Positions 29,522 through 39,473 of a DNA stretch of 64,000 bases are shown here, piece after piece (the stretch's first letter is position 1; every line of letters starts with the position of its first letter). The position numbers and the translations under genes were made by a program. Source of the stretch: an uncultured Clostridia bacterium. GTDB taxonomy: Bacteria > Bacillota > Clostridia > Christensenellales > UBA1242. The stretch lies in NCBI GenBank assembly GCA_944345365.1, contig CALVMJ010000001.1, positions 3,760-67,759 of the forward strand, in the 5' to 3' direction. Under the pieces are notes generated by a model, which was given only the letters and a program-made list of their open reading frames with translations, was not told the origin of the DNA and did not search any database.

Positions 29522-29683
29522 TTACATCTCTCTTGTGTAATAACTTCCAGAGTGTTGTGTTGCTGGGAATCTTTTTCCTTTTTCAAGGTAAAGGCTTCCT
29601 CCACAATTTTGATTTTTGTCATAGGCAGTGTAATTACCGCTTTCTGGCACTTGTTCACCTGGAGTCCATTTTTGTTTTTCCAT
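29522..29683 (-). CDS. YjzC-like small protein (53 aa, not in ORF track)
   Basis: Hand translation MEKQKWTPGEQVPESGNYTAYDKNQNCGGSLYLEKGKRFPATQHSGSYYTREM*; GGAGGT RBS (plus-strand ACCTCC 29689-29694). Confidence 0.75.
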   Translation of the reverse strand: MEKQKWTPGEQVPESGNYTAYDKNQNCGGSLYLEKGKRFPATQHSGSYYTREM

Positions 29684-29813
29684 ATTTTACCTCCCGATTC
29701 TATTGTGTGAAGAAATTTGAAATATATTCAAAAAAAATAAAATTAAAGTTAATTTTATTTGGTTTTTGAAAAGAGTTTTGCTAGAATATTAAAGTGTGAA
29801 AAAGGAGAAAACT

Positions 29814-32441
29814 ATGAAGCAATTTGTTTATCAATTTAAAGAAGTTCAAAAGCCGGACAAGAATTTGTTTGGTGGAAAAGGGGCTAACCTTGCAGAGATG
29901 ACCAAACTTGGAATGCCTGTTCCACAAGGATTTATTATCACAACAGAAGCTTGTACTCAATATTATAATGATGGAAGAAAAATTAATGATGATATTTTAG
30001 ACCAAATATCAAAGAAATTAAAAGAACTTGAAGCTATAACTGGAAAAAAGTTTGGAGATGTTAATAACCCATTACTAGTTTCCGTTCGATCTGGGGCAAG
30101 GGTATCTATGCCTGGAATGATGGACACAATTTTAAATTTGGGATTAAATGACGAAGCTGTTGAAGGCCTTGCAAGACTCACAAACAACCCAAGATTTGCC
30201 TATGACTCTTACAGAAGATTTATTCAGATGTTTTCTGATGTTGTTATGCAACAAGAAAAATCAAAATACGAAAGAATTTTAGATGAAGTTAAAGAGAAAA
30301 AAGGTGTAGAGTTTGATAAAGATCTTTCTGCTGAAGACTTAAAGGAAATAGTGAATTTATTTAAGGATCTTTACAAAAAATCTCAAGGCGAAGATTTCCC
30401 TCAAGATCCAAAGGTTCAACTTATCGAAGCAGTGAAAGCCGTTTTCCGTTCTTGGGACAACGAAAGAGCAAATGTTTACAGAAGAATGCACGACATTCCT
30501 TACGAGTGGGGAACTGCAGTTAATGTTCAGTCGATGGTTTTTGGTAATATGGGAGATGATTGCGGAACAGGTGTTGCTTTCAGCCGAAATCCTGCAACCG
30601 GAGAAAATGTTTTCTACGGAGAGTATTTAATGAATGCTCAGGGAGAAGATGTTGTTGCTGGTATCAGAACACCACTTCCAATTGCAACTCTTAAAGAGCA
30701 AAACCCAGATGTTTACAATCAATTTGTTGAAATTGCAAAAAAACTTGAAAAACACAATAAAGATATGCAGGATATGGAGTTTACTATTGAAAAAGGCAAG
30801 CTCTATATGCTTCAAACTAGAAATGGAAAAAGAACAGCTAAGGCAGCTCTTAAAATTGCCGTTGATCTTGTTAAGGAAGGTTTAATTACGGAAAAAGAAG
30901 CAATAATGATGATTGACCCAAAACAACTTGATGCCCTTCTTCACCCACAATTTGACGATAAGGCACTTAAAAATGCAAAAGCAATTGCCGAGGCTCTTCC
31001 AGCATCTCCTGGGGCTGCTTGTGGTAAAATTTGCTTTACTGCTGACAGAGCAAAAGAAATGGCTCAAGATGGCGACAAGGTTGTATTAGTAAGACTTGAA
31101 ACTTCTCCTGAAGATATCGAGGGAATGGCTGTTTCTCAAGGTGTTTTAACAGCTCGTGGAGGAATGACATCTCATGCTGCTGTCGTTGCAAGAGGAATGG
31201 GGACTGCTTGTGTAGCAGGTTGCTCGGCTTTAAAATTTGCCTCTGATGAAAAATCTTTCACTTTAAATGGAAAAGTGTATAAGGAAGGAGATTTGTTGTC
31301 ATTTGATGGATCAACTGGTAAAATTTATGATGGTTTAATTAAAACAGAACCAGCAAAAATTTCTGGTGAATTTGCTACAATAATGGAGTGGGCAGATAAA
31401 TACAGAGTTTTGCAGGTAAGAACTAACGCCGACAATCCAAAAGATGCAGAAAATGCTTTTGCTTTTGGAGCAGAGGGTATAGGACTTTGCAGGACAGAAC
31501 ATATGTTCTTTGAAGCAGACAGGATTCCTGCTGTTAGAGAAATGATTGTTTCCAGCACTGTTGAAGAGAGAAAAAGGGCGCTTGACAAGCTTCTTCCAAT
31601 GCAAAGAAAAGACTTTATTGGCCTTTACAAGGCAATGAAAGGCCGTCCTGTTACAATCAGATTCTTAGATCCACCTCTTCATGAGTTTGTTCCACACGAA
31701 GATCAGGAAATTAAGGATTTGGCAAAAGAAATGGGTCTTTCATTTGAAACATTAAAGAGAACCGTGGAAGATTTGCATGAATTTAACCCAATGATGGGAC
31801 ACCGTGGGCTTAGACTTGCTGTAACTTATCCAGAAATTGCCCAGATGCAAACAAGGGCAGTTATAGAAGCTGCAATTGCTGTTTCTAAGTCTGAAAATTA
31901 TAATATTATTCCTGAAATAATGATTCCTTTGACATGTGATATTAAAGAATTTAAATATGTTAGGGATATTGTTGCAAAAGAAGCAGAAGAAGTGCTTAAA
32001 GAGAATAATGTGAAGATGACCTATAAGATTGGAACTATGATTGAAATTCCTCGTGCAGCTGTAACTGCTGATCAGATTGCACAGTATGCTGAATTCTTCT
32101 CATTTGGAACAAACGATTTAACACAAATGACTTATGGATTCTCTCGTGACGACGCAGGAAAATTCTTAGATGTGTATTATGCTAAGAAAATTTTTGAAAG
32201 TGATCCATTTGCAAGACTCGACCAAAACGGAGTTGGCAGACTTGTTAAAATGGCAACTGACCTTGGAAAGTCAACTAGACCTGACATAAAGCTTGGAATT
32301 TGTGGAGAACACGGCGGAGATCCTTCATCAATTGAGTTCTGTCATAAAACAGGATTAAATTATGTTTCTTGCTCTCCATTCCGTGTGCCAATTGCAAGGC
32401 TTGCAGCAGCTCAAGCTAATATTAAGTTTCCAAGAAACTAA
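29814..32441 (+). CDS. ppdK: pyruvate, phosphate dikinase
   Basis: GGKGANLAEM, RGGMTSHAAVVARG, GIGLCRTEHMF, FSFGTNDLTQ. Confidence 0.98.
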   Translation: MKQFVYQFKEVQKPDKNLFGGKGANLAEMTKLGMPVPQGFIITTEACTQYYNDGRKINDDILDQISKKLKELEAITGKKFGDVNNPLLVSVRSGARVSMPGMMDTILNLGLNDEAVEGLARLTNNPRFAYDSYRRFIQMFSDVVMQQEKSKYERILDEVKEKKGVEFDKDLSAEDLKEIVNLFKDLYKKSQGEDFPQDPKVQLIEAVKAVFRSWDNERANVYRRMHDIPYEWGTAVNVQSMVFGNMGDDCGTGVAFSRNPATGENVFYGEYLMNAQGEDVVAGIRTPLPIATLKEQNPDVYNQFVEIAKKLEKHNKDMQDMEFTIEKGKLYMLQTRNGKRTAKAALKIAVDLVKEGLITEKEAIMMIDPKQLDALLHPQFDDKALKNAKAIAEALPASPGAACGKICFTADRAKEMAQDGDKVVLVRLETSPEDIEGMAVSQGVLTARGGMTSHAAVVARGMGTACVAGCSALKFASDEKSFTLNGKVYKEGDLLSFDGSTGKIYDGLIKTEPAKISGEFATIMEWADKYRVLQVRTNADNPKDAENAFAFGAEGIGLCRTEHMFFEADRIPAVREMIVSSTVEERKRALDKLLPMQRKDFIGLYKAMKGRPVTIRFLDPPLHEFVPHEDQEIKDLAKEMGLSFETLKRTVEDLHEFNPMMGHRGLRLAVTYPEIAQMQTRAVIEAAIAVSKSENYNIIPEIMIPLTCDIKEFKYVRDIVAKEAEEVLKENNVKMTYKIGTMIEIPRAAVTADQIAQYAEFFSFGTNDLTQMTYGFSRDDAGKFLDVYYAKKIFESDPFARLDQNGVGRLVKMATDLGKSTRPDIKLGICGEHGGDPSSIEFCHKTGLNYVSCSPFRVPIARLAAAQANIKFPRN

Positions 32442-32449
32442 CATATATT

Positions 32450-32474
32450 AAAAATCGCCAAAAGGCGATTTTTT
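32450..32474 (+). terminator. intrinsic terminator
   Basis: AAAAATCGCC-AAAA-GGCGATTTTT. Confidence 0.85.
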
Positions 32475-32627
32475 ATTTGCTTAAATCACTGATTTATTAA
32501 ATATCATTGATTTGAATGATTTGTTTTTAAATTCATTTATTTTGCTTTATTTATCTTTAATGTCCTTAATTTGCTTTACTTTTTTGTTAAAAAGTGCTAT
32601 TATCATGCCAAAGTGAGGTATATGATT

Positions 32628-32825
32628 ATGATGATTGAACCACCTATTGACAAACTTCTTAAAAAGACAAATGGAAATATATATATTCTTGCAAACTTAA
32701 TTGCAAAAAGAGCCAAGGAGATAGAAACTTTAAGAAGAGTGGAACTTAGTGAGAGCAATGATAAGTCAATAAGTATTGCTTGCCAAGAAATTTATGAAGG
32801 AAAAGTTGTTCCTAGCAATGTTTAA
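32628..32825 (+). CDS. rpoZ: RNA polymerase omega subunit
   Basis: MMIEPPIDKLL, Y.L..LIAKRAKEI, K.ISIA.QEI..GK; start could be 32622. Confidence 0.85.
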   Translation: MMIEPPIDKLLKKTNGNIYILANLIAKRAKEIETLRRVELSESNDKSISIACQEIYEGKVVPSNV

Positions 32826-32886
32826 TGCTAGGAAAATTTAAGATAATATGATATAATTCTACTATAAATTATAGTAGAATTTTTTT

Positions 32887-35064
32887 TTGGAGGAAGTTTT
32901 GTTTGCAAATGTAATAATTGACCAAGATTCAAAAGCTCTTGACAAAGTTTTTGAGTATAGAATTCCAAATGAATTGAAGATTGAAAAAGGTATGCGAGTT
33001 TTGGTTCCTTTTGGAACGAGAATTTTGCAAGGTTTTGTTGTTGATATAAATGAAAATTGTGAATACGATGCAAACAAGATAAAAAGAATAATTTCTGTTG
33101 TCGAGGATTTTGCTTGCATTAAACCTGAAATGCTTGATCTGATGAAATTTATGTGCAAGAAGTATCATTTAAGGTTAACCTCTGTTCTTAGACTTTTTAT
33201 ACCAAGTCAGATGAGAGAAGGGAAAGTCAAAGAAATATTTGAAAAAAAATGCAAAATAAAAGATGATGAAGCGAAGATAAGAGGCCAAAAACAACAAGCA
33301 ATATATAATTACTTAAAAGAAAACGGAGAAGAGGACTTTTCGTTATTAAAGGAAAAGTTTGGTTATTCTGCATTAAATTCATTGATACAAAAAGATATTG
33401 TTGCCATTGAAAAATATCAAGTAAAAAGAACTCCTTATACATCTAATGTTAAGGACAAGAAAGTTGTTTTAAACTTAATGCAACAAAGGGCAGTAGAAAG
33501 TATTAAAAATAGTGGCGTCTATCTTTTGCATGGTGTTACAGGTAGTGGAAAAACAGAAGTTTATATGAACCTTATCTCAAAGGTTTTAAAAGAGGGGAAA
33601 AATGCAATTATGCTTGTTCCTGAAATTTCTCTTACCCCCCAAGTTCTTGCTAGTTTTAAGGCAAGGTTTGGTGAAAGCATTGCGATACTTCACAGTGGGC
33701 TTTCAGTTGGCGAAAGATTTGATGAATGGAAGAGGATATTTTTGGGAGAGGCAAATGTTGTGATTGGCGCAAGATCAGCGATATTTGCGCCTATTGAAAA
33801 TTTGGGAATTATAATAATAGATGAAGAACACGAGCAAAGCTATAACTCCGAGTCTAATCCAAGATATGAGACTATTGAGGTTGCAAAATTTAGGTCAAAA
33901 TATAATGTTTGTCCTCTTGTTCTTGGCAGTGCAACGCCGAGTATAGACAGTTACCAAAAAGCAGTCAAAGGGGAGTATTCTCTTTTAGAGCTTCCTGTTA
34001 GGGCAAATGGCAGGGAACTTCCAAAAATTCAAATTATTGATATGATGATGGAGATTAGAACTGGAAACAGCGGGATTTTTTCCAAACAATTGATTGCAGA
34101 TTTATCAGATGTCGTAAACAGAAAAAAGCAAGCAATGATTTTTATAAACAGAAGGGGATATTCTTCCTTTATGATGTGTCGTGAGTGTGGATATGTTGCA
34201 AAGTGCAAAGATTGTGATGTTTCTCTTGTTTACCATAAGGAAGACAAAAAACTTAAATGTCATTATTGTGGAAAACAATACAAAGTTTTAGATGTTTGTC
34301 CTAATTGCAAAAGTGAAAGAATAAAAGAAGGTGCTGTTGGAACAGAGAGAGTTGTGGCTGAGCTAAATAAACTTTTTCCCGATGTTAAAGTTTTGAGAAT
34401 GGATAATGATACCACTTCAAAGAAGAATGCACATGCAAAAATTTTGGAAGAATTTAAAAAGTCAAAGCCGGGAATTTTGGTGGGAACGCAAATGATAGCA
34501 AAGGGGCATGATTTTGAAGATGTCGTGCTTGTTGGAATAGTGGACGCAGACCAAAGTCTTTACCAAAGTGATTACAGAAGCACGGAGAGATGTTTTCAGC
34601 TAATAACCCAAGTCAGTGGAAGGGCAGGAAGGAGCAAAGATGAGGGAAAAGTTGTTTTGCAAATTTATAGCCCAAGACATTATACTTATAAGTTTGTCGC
34701 AAATTATGATTATAAAGGCTTTTTTAAAAAGGAAATAAATTTAAGACAGACGGCAAATTTTCCACCTTTCACCAAAATTATAAGAATTCTTTTTTCACAT
34801 AGTGATGAAAATGTTGTGAAAGATGAGTTAAAAATGTGTTATAATAAATTATTAAAAGTAAGAGAAAAATATTTTGATGATATAATCTATATGGACGCTA
34901 TGAAAGCACCTTTAAAAAGAATTCAAAATAAATACAGATATCAGGTTATCGCAAGGTGTAAGCTTGAAAAAATTGAAGAAATTGAAGATGCAATTTATGC
35001 ATGTACAGAAGGGACACTTAAAAGTTCGGTGTTTTTCGAGGTTAATCCTCAAAATATGAGTTAG
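32887..35064 (+). CDS. priA: primosomal protein N'
   Basis: LHGVTGSGKTEVY, IIIDEEHE, two CxxC pairs, GTQMIAKGHDF. Confidence 0.96.
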   Translation: MEEVLFANVIIDQDSKALDKVFEYRIPNELKIEKGMRVLVPFGTRILQGFVVDINENCEYDANKIKRIISVVEDFACIKPEMLDLMKFMCKKYHLRLTSVLRLFIPSQMREGKVKEIFEKKCKIKDDEAKIRGQKQQAIYNYLKENGEEDFSLLKEKFGYSALNSLIQKDIVAIEKYQVKRTPYTSNVKDKKVVLNLMQQRAVESIKNSGVYLLHGVTGSGKTEVYMNLISKVLKEGKNAIMLVPEISLTPQVLASFKARFGESIAILHSGLSVGERFDEWKRIFLGEANVVIGARSAIFAPIENLGIIIIDEEHEQSYNSESNPRYETIEVAKFRSKYNVCPLVLGSATPSIDSYQKAVKGEYSLLELPVRANGRELPKIQIIDMMMEIRTGNSGIFSKQLIADLSDVVNRKKQAMIFINRRGYSSFMMCRECGYVAKCKDCDVSLVYHKEDKKLKCHYCGKQYKVLDVCPNCKSERIKEGAVGTERVVAELNKLFPDVKVLRMDNDTTSKKNAHAKILEEFKKSKPGILVGTQMIAKGHDFEDVVLVGIVDADQSLYQSDYRSTERCFQLITQVSGRAGRSKDEGKVVLQIYSPRHYTYKFVANYDYKGFFKKEINLRQTANFPPFTKIIRILFSHSDENVVKDELKMCYNKLLKVREKYFDDIIYMDAMKAPLKRIQNKYRYQVIARCKLEKIEEIEDAIYACTEGTLKSSVFFEVNPQNMS

Positions 35065-35087
35065 TTAAAAGTTAGGAGAAAAAAATT

Positions 35088-35561
35088 ATGGCAGTGAGAA
35101 AAGTTTTAAAATTAGGAGAAGAAATTTTAAGGAAAAAGTCAAAAAAAGTTGTTGATTTTGATGAAAATCTTTGGAGCCTTCTAGATGACATGAGAGAAAC
35201 AATGTATGAGAATGACGGAATGGGGCTTGCTGGCCCTCAAGTCGGGATTTTGAGAAGGATTATTGTTATGGATGTTAATAATAATTATTATGAACTTATA
35301 AATCCTGAGATAATATTTCAAGAAGGTGAGGATATTGATACCGAAGGATGTTTAAGTGTTGGTAAATTTAACGATAAGGTTAAAAGACCTTACAAAGTTA
35401 CTGTTAAAGCAGTTGACAGATATAATTATCCTATTGAAATAACAGGAGAAAAGTATTTTGCAAGATGTGTTTGTCACGAAATAGACCACTTAAATGGGGT
35501 TTTGTTTGTGGATAAAAGCGAAAATGGAAAAGAGTTTTTAAAAGAAAGAGGAGTAAAATGA
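35088..35561 (+). CDS. def: peptide deformylase
   Basis: GMGLAGPQVG, EGCLS, HEIDH. Confidence 0.96.
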   Translation: MAVRKVLKLGEEILRKKSKKVVDFDENLWSLLDDMRETMYENDGMGLAGPQVGILRRIIVMDVNNNYYELINPEIIFQEGEDIDTEGCLSVGKFNDKVKRPYKVTVKAVDRYNYPIEITGEKYFARCVCHEIDHLNGVLFVDKSENGKEFLKERGVK

Positions 35562-36469
35562 AAATTCTATTTTTAGGATCATCAGAGTTTTCTGTTGGTG
35601 TGTTGCAAAGGCTTTTGGAATCTAGACATAAGGTTGTTGCTGTTATATGTCAGCCGGACAGACCTTGTGGCAGAGGACATAAGCTGACCTCTCCAATAAT
35701 TAAAGAATTTGCTCAAACGAGAGGAATAAGTGTTTTACAATTTGAAAAAGTTAATCAAAATATAGATGAAATTTTTAGTCTTGATTTTGATGTTTTTGTA
35801 ACAGCATCTTTTGGACAAATTCTTTCAAGAGAATTTTTGTCAAAAAAACTTGGGCTAAATGTTCATCCTTCAAAATTGCCTAAATATAGAGGAGCAACTC
35901 CGTTGCAAACAGCTCTTTTAAACGGAGATACAAAGACAGCAGTTACAGTCCAAAAAATGGTTTATGAAGTTGACAGTGGCGATATTATATTGTCGCAAGA
36001 TTTGGCAATTGATGAGGAAGATGATTTTCTTTCATTAAGCGAAAAGAGTTCAAAAATAGGAGGGGAGCTACTGGTCAAGGCCTTAAACTTAATTGAGGAA
36101 GGAAAAGCCGTATTTTTGCCTCAAAACGATAATTTTGCCACCTACACTAAGATGATAAAAAAGGAAGATGGCTTTTTGGATTTTAATTGCTTAGCTTGTG
36201 AAATCGTTAATAAAGTTAGGGCGTTAGCCTATAATCCAGGGTGCTATTTCTATATTAATGAAGAAAGAATTAAGGTGGCAAAAGCAACAATATGCCAAGA
36301 TTTTGACGTGGATATAGGTGAAATTTTGATTAAGAATAAAGAGTTTTTAATCAAGGCAAAGAAGGGAGCTGTTTGTATTTTAAGATGTCAAGCCCAAGGT
36401 GGAAAGATGCTTGATGCAAAAGATTTTTTGAATGGCTATACATTCAAAAGCAATAGGGTAAATGAGTGA
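35558..36469 (+). CDS. fmt: methionyl-tRNA formyltransferase
   Basis: QPDRPCGRG, NVHPSKLPKYRGATP. Confidence 0.95.
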   Translation: MKILFLGSSEFSVGVLQRLLESRHKVVAVICQPDRPCGRGHKLTSPIIKEFAQTRGISVLQFEKVNQNIDEIFSLDFDVFVTASFGQILSREFLSKKLGLNVHPSKLPKYRGATPLQTALLNGDTKTAVTVQKMVYEVDSGDIILSQDLAIDEEDDFLSLSEKSSKIGGELLVKALNLIEEGKAVFLPQNDNFATYTKMIKKEDGFLDFNCLACEIVNKVRALAYNPGCYFYINEERIKVAKATICQDFDVDIGEILIKNKEFLIKAKKGAVCILRCQAQGGKMLDAKDFLNGYTFKSNRVNE

Positions 36470-37503
36470 TGCTTTTAGATTTTAGTAAAGAAGAGTTGAT
36501 TGATTACGTTGTTAAATTGGGATTTCCAAAATTTAGAGGAAGTCAGCTTTTTGACGCACTTATCCAAGGAAAAAGATTAGATGAGATTACTAATTTGCCA
36601 AAAAACTTTTTGGATAAAATAAAAGATGAATACCCAAATTTTTACATCGAGAAAAAATTAGAAAGTAAAGATGGAACAAAAAAATATGCATATAGGCTGA
36701 AAGACGGGCAAATAATAGAAGGTGTTTTTATGAAATATAAGTACGGAAACACTCTTTGCGTGTCTACTCAGGTTGGATGCAGAATGGGTTGCAAGTTTTG
36801 TGCTTCGGGACTTTTTGGCCTTACAAGAAATTTAACAGCTGGAGAAATTTTGGAGCAGGTAATAATAGCAAATAAAGACAACAGAAAAAGTTTAGATGAA
36901 AGAGCCATCACAAATGTTGTGTTGATGGGAAGTGGTGAACCTCTTGACAATTACGAAAATGTTACAAAATTTATTAAACTTCTAAATTCAGAAGATGGAC
37001 TTAATATAAGTCAAAGGAATATTTCAATTTCTACATGTGGCCTTGTTCCTTATATATATAAATTTGCAGACGATGGATTTACCGTAACCTTAACAATTTC
37101 TCTTCACGCCTCAAATGACGAAGTAAGAAAAAAGACAATGCCAATAGCAAACAAATATTCAATAAAAGAGATAATTGATGCTTGCAAGTATTATTTTAAA
37201 AAAACAGGAAGAAGGGTCGTTTTTGAATATACACTTGTTAAAGATGTAAACGATAAAGAAATCCACATAAAGGAGCTGAGTAATTTATTAAAAGGGTTCC
37301 CTTGTCATGTCAATATCATTCCATTAAACTTTGTCAAGGAAAGAGGGCTTCTTGCGAGTGGTGACAAGGCCACTTATAATTTTGCCGAAAGCCTTGTAAA
37401 AAATGGAGTTTCTGCAACTGTTAGAAGGACGCTTGGAAGTGATATAGGTGGAGCTTGTGGACAGCTTAGAAATTCGCTTATCAAAAACAATAATTCTAAC
37501 TAG
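36466..37503 (+). CDS. rlmN: 23S rRNA/tRNA m2A methyltransferase RlmN
   Basis: CVSTQVGCRMGCKFCAS, MGSGEP, DIGGACGQL. Confidence 0.95.
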   Translation: MMLLDFSKEELIDYVVKLGFPKFRGSQLFDALIQGKRLDEITNLPKNFLDKIKDEYPNFYIEKKLESKDGTKKYAYRLKDGQIIEGVFMKYKYGNTLCVSTQVGCRMGCKFCASGLFGLTRNLTAGEILEQVIIANKDNRKSLDERAITNVVLMGSGEPLDNYENVTKFIKLLNSEDGLNISQRNISISTCGLVPYIYKFADDGFTVTLTISLHASNDEVRKKTMPIANKYSIKEIIDACKYYFKKTGRRVVFEYTLVKDVNDKEIHIKELSNLLKGFPCHVNIIPLNFVKERGLLASGDKATYNFAESLVKNGVSATVRRTLGSDIGGACGQLRNSLIKNNNSN

Positions 37504-37543
37504 CAATTATTAATTTTAGGAATAAGCTAAAAAAGGAGAAATT

Positions 37544-39025
37544 ATGGTAACGCTTGTTATACTTGACGGCTTTGGAATAAGTAAAAACGAAAAGGGAAAT
37601 GCAATAAAATCGCAAGGCACTCCTTTTTTAGACAAGCTTAAAAAAAAGTATCCACATTCAACTCTTAAAGCAAGTGGAGAAGCCGTTGGTCTTCCAAAGG
37701 GTCAGATGGGAAACTCGGAAGTTGGGCATCTTACTATTGGCGCAGGAAGAGTTGTTCTTCAAGATTTATTAAAAATTAACAGGGATATAGAAAATGGAGA
37801 ATTTGGAAAAAACAAAAATCTGATAAGAGCATTAAAATATGCAAAAAATGGCAGACTTCATGTTTTAGGACTGCTTTCTGACGGAGGTGTTCATTCTCAT
37901 ATCAATCATTTGTATGCCATTTTAAAAGAGGCAGAAAAATATGAGATAAAAGAAGTTTTCATTCACGCAATTCTTGACGGAAGAGATGTTCCTGTTTCAA
38001 GTGCAATAAGTTATTTAGAAGAATTAAATTCACATCTGAAAGAAAATATGTTTATTTCTTCCGTTTGTGGGAGAGTCTTTGCAATGGACAGGGAAGAAAG
38101 ATATGATAGAATTAAAAAAGCATATGATATGTTAACGACAGATATAAAAAAAGATAAATCCTTTAAAGAAGTCGTTTCACAAAGTTATAAAAATGCCATA
38201 TATGATGAGTTTTTGGAACCTGTGTTATTAAAAAAGAACGGCAATATTCAAGATGGGGATAGTGTGATATTTTATAATTTTAGATCAGATAGAGCAAGAG
38301 AAATTACCTCTGCATTTACATCTAAAAATTTTGACAAATTTAAAACTAAGAAATTTAAAAACTTACTCTTTTCTCCAATGGAAGAATATTCGGATGAATT
38401 TAAAGAATTAAACACAATCTATCCACCGGAAATAATAAATCCAACTCTTGCAAGTATAATTTCAAAAAAAGGCTTAAAACAATTCCACATAGCAGAAACG
38501 ACAAAATATGCCCATGTCACATTTTTTATAAATGGAGGAAGGGAGAAAGCTTTTAAAGGGGAGGAAAGAAAGTTAATAGAAAGTATTGATACTCAAAATT
38601 TTGAATACTATCCTCAAATGAGAGCAAGTGAGATAACAGAAGAAACTTTCGAGGCAATAGCTTCGGAGAAATATGATTTTGTTCTTGTGAATTTATCTAA
38701 TTTGGATATGATAGGCCACACAGGAAATTTTAATGCAACAAAAGAGGCAGTAAAAATAGTCGACAAATGTGCTTATGCAATTGCGCTTGCGACTTTGATG
38801 GCAGGTGGAGATTGCATCATAACTGCCGATCACGGTAATGCAGAAAGTATGTTTGATAAGATGGGGAACAAAATTACATCACATACTAATAATCCTGTTC
38901 CTTTTATTTTGGTAACAAAAAGAGCAAAAAAGGTCAAAGAAGGAAGTTTGGCTAATGTTGCTCCAACGGTACTAAAATTGCTTGATTTAGAAATTCCTGA
39001 TAATATGGAAAGGCCTTTATTCTAA
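37544..39025 (+). CDS. gpmI: 2,3-BPG-independent phosphoglycerate mutase
   Basis: ILDGFG, MGNSEVGH, ETTKYAHVTFF, TADHGNAE. Confidence 0.96.
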   Translation: MVTLVILDGFGISKNEKGNAIKSQGTPFLDKLKKKYPHSTLKASGEAVGLPKGQMGNSEVGHLTIGAGRVVLQDLLKINRDIENGEFGKNKNLIRALKYAKNGRLHVLGLLSDGGVHSHINHLYAILKEAEKYEIKEVFIHAILDGRDVPVSSAISYLEELNSHLKENMFISSVCGRVFAMDREERYDRIKKAYDMLTTDIKKDKSFKEVVSQSYKNAIYDEFLEPVLLKKNGNIQDGDSVIFYNFRSDRAREITSAFTSKNFDKFKTKKFKNLLFSPMEEYSDEFKELNTIYPPEIINPTLASIISKKGLKQFHIAETTKYAHVTFFINGGREKAFKGEERKLIESIDTQNFEYYPQMRASEITEETFEAIASEKYDFVLVNLSNLDMIGHTGNFNATKEAVKIVDKCAYAIALATLMAGGDCIITADHGNAESMFDKMGNKITSHTNNPVPFILVTKRAKKVKEGSLANVAPTVLKLLDLEIPDNMERPLF

Positions 39026-39118
39026 TTTATTATTTTACCAAATAAAATAATTTACATTAACTAACTTCAAATCTATCTATAAATAGCTTAAAATTTATCC
39101 ATAAGATAAAAATTTTGT

Positions 39119-39346
39119 TTATGATAACACGACAACATTACCACACATAATGTCGAAGTAAGAAAATGTTTGCAAAGAACCATCAATAGTTATAGTGAAA
39201 ACGCTTGGATAAATATCTTTTATCTTTGCAGAAACTATATCTATTTTTTTTCTGCCACGATTTATGCTGAGTTTAACATCTTCACCCTTTAATTGCTTAA
39301 TTTTTTCTTTTATTGATTGTAAATCTAAATTTGTTCTTTTCATCAT
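39119..39346 (-). CDS. veg: Veg family protein
   Basis: NRGRKK....KIKDIYPSVFTI...SYFDI. Confidence 0.85.
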   Translation of the reverse strand: MMKRTNLDLQSIKEKIKQLKGEDVKLSINRGRKKIDIVSAKIKDIYPSVFTITIDGSLQTFSYFDIMCGNVVVLS

Positions 39347-39473
39347 TCCCTCCCTTTAAGAGATTGTTATTATCACAAGGATTATTGACAATCTAAAAAA
39401 TTTTAAACAGTTTTGTCATACTTGCAAAAAAATCTTAATAAAATATAGCGATATCGAGGTAAGAGGAGGATAT

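Noticed and set aside
29498-29769. Two ORFs in the track (29498-29710 minus, 29506-29769 plus)
   Set aside because: No RBS or family signal; they overlap the better-supported 53-aa YjzC-like gene in another frame
28400-29800. Prophage or island integrated at tRNA-Lys
   Set aside because: I found no direct repeat of the tRNA 3' end downstream and no integrase; only the inverted T-arm copy, reported separately
32470-32530. Repeated TGATTT / AAATCA motifs before rpoZ as an operator
   Set aside because: Too short and low-complexity for an AT-rich intergenic region; no regulator can be assigned
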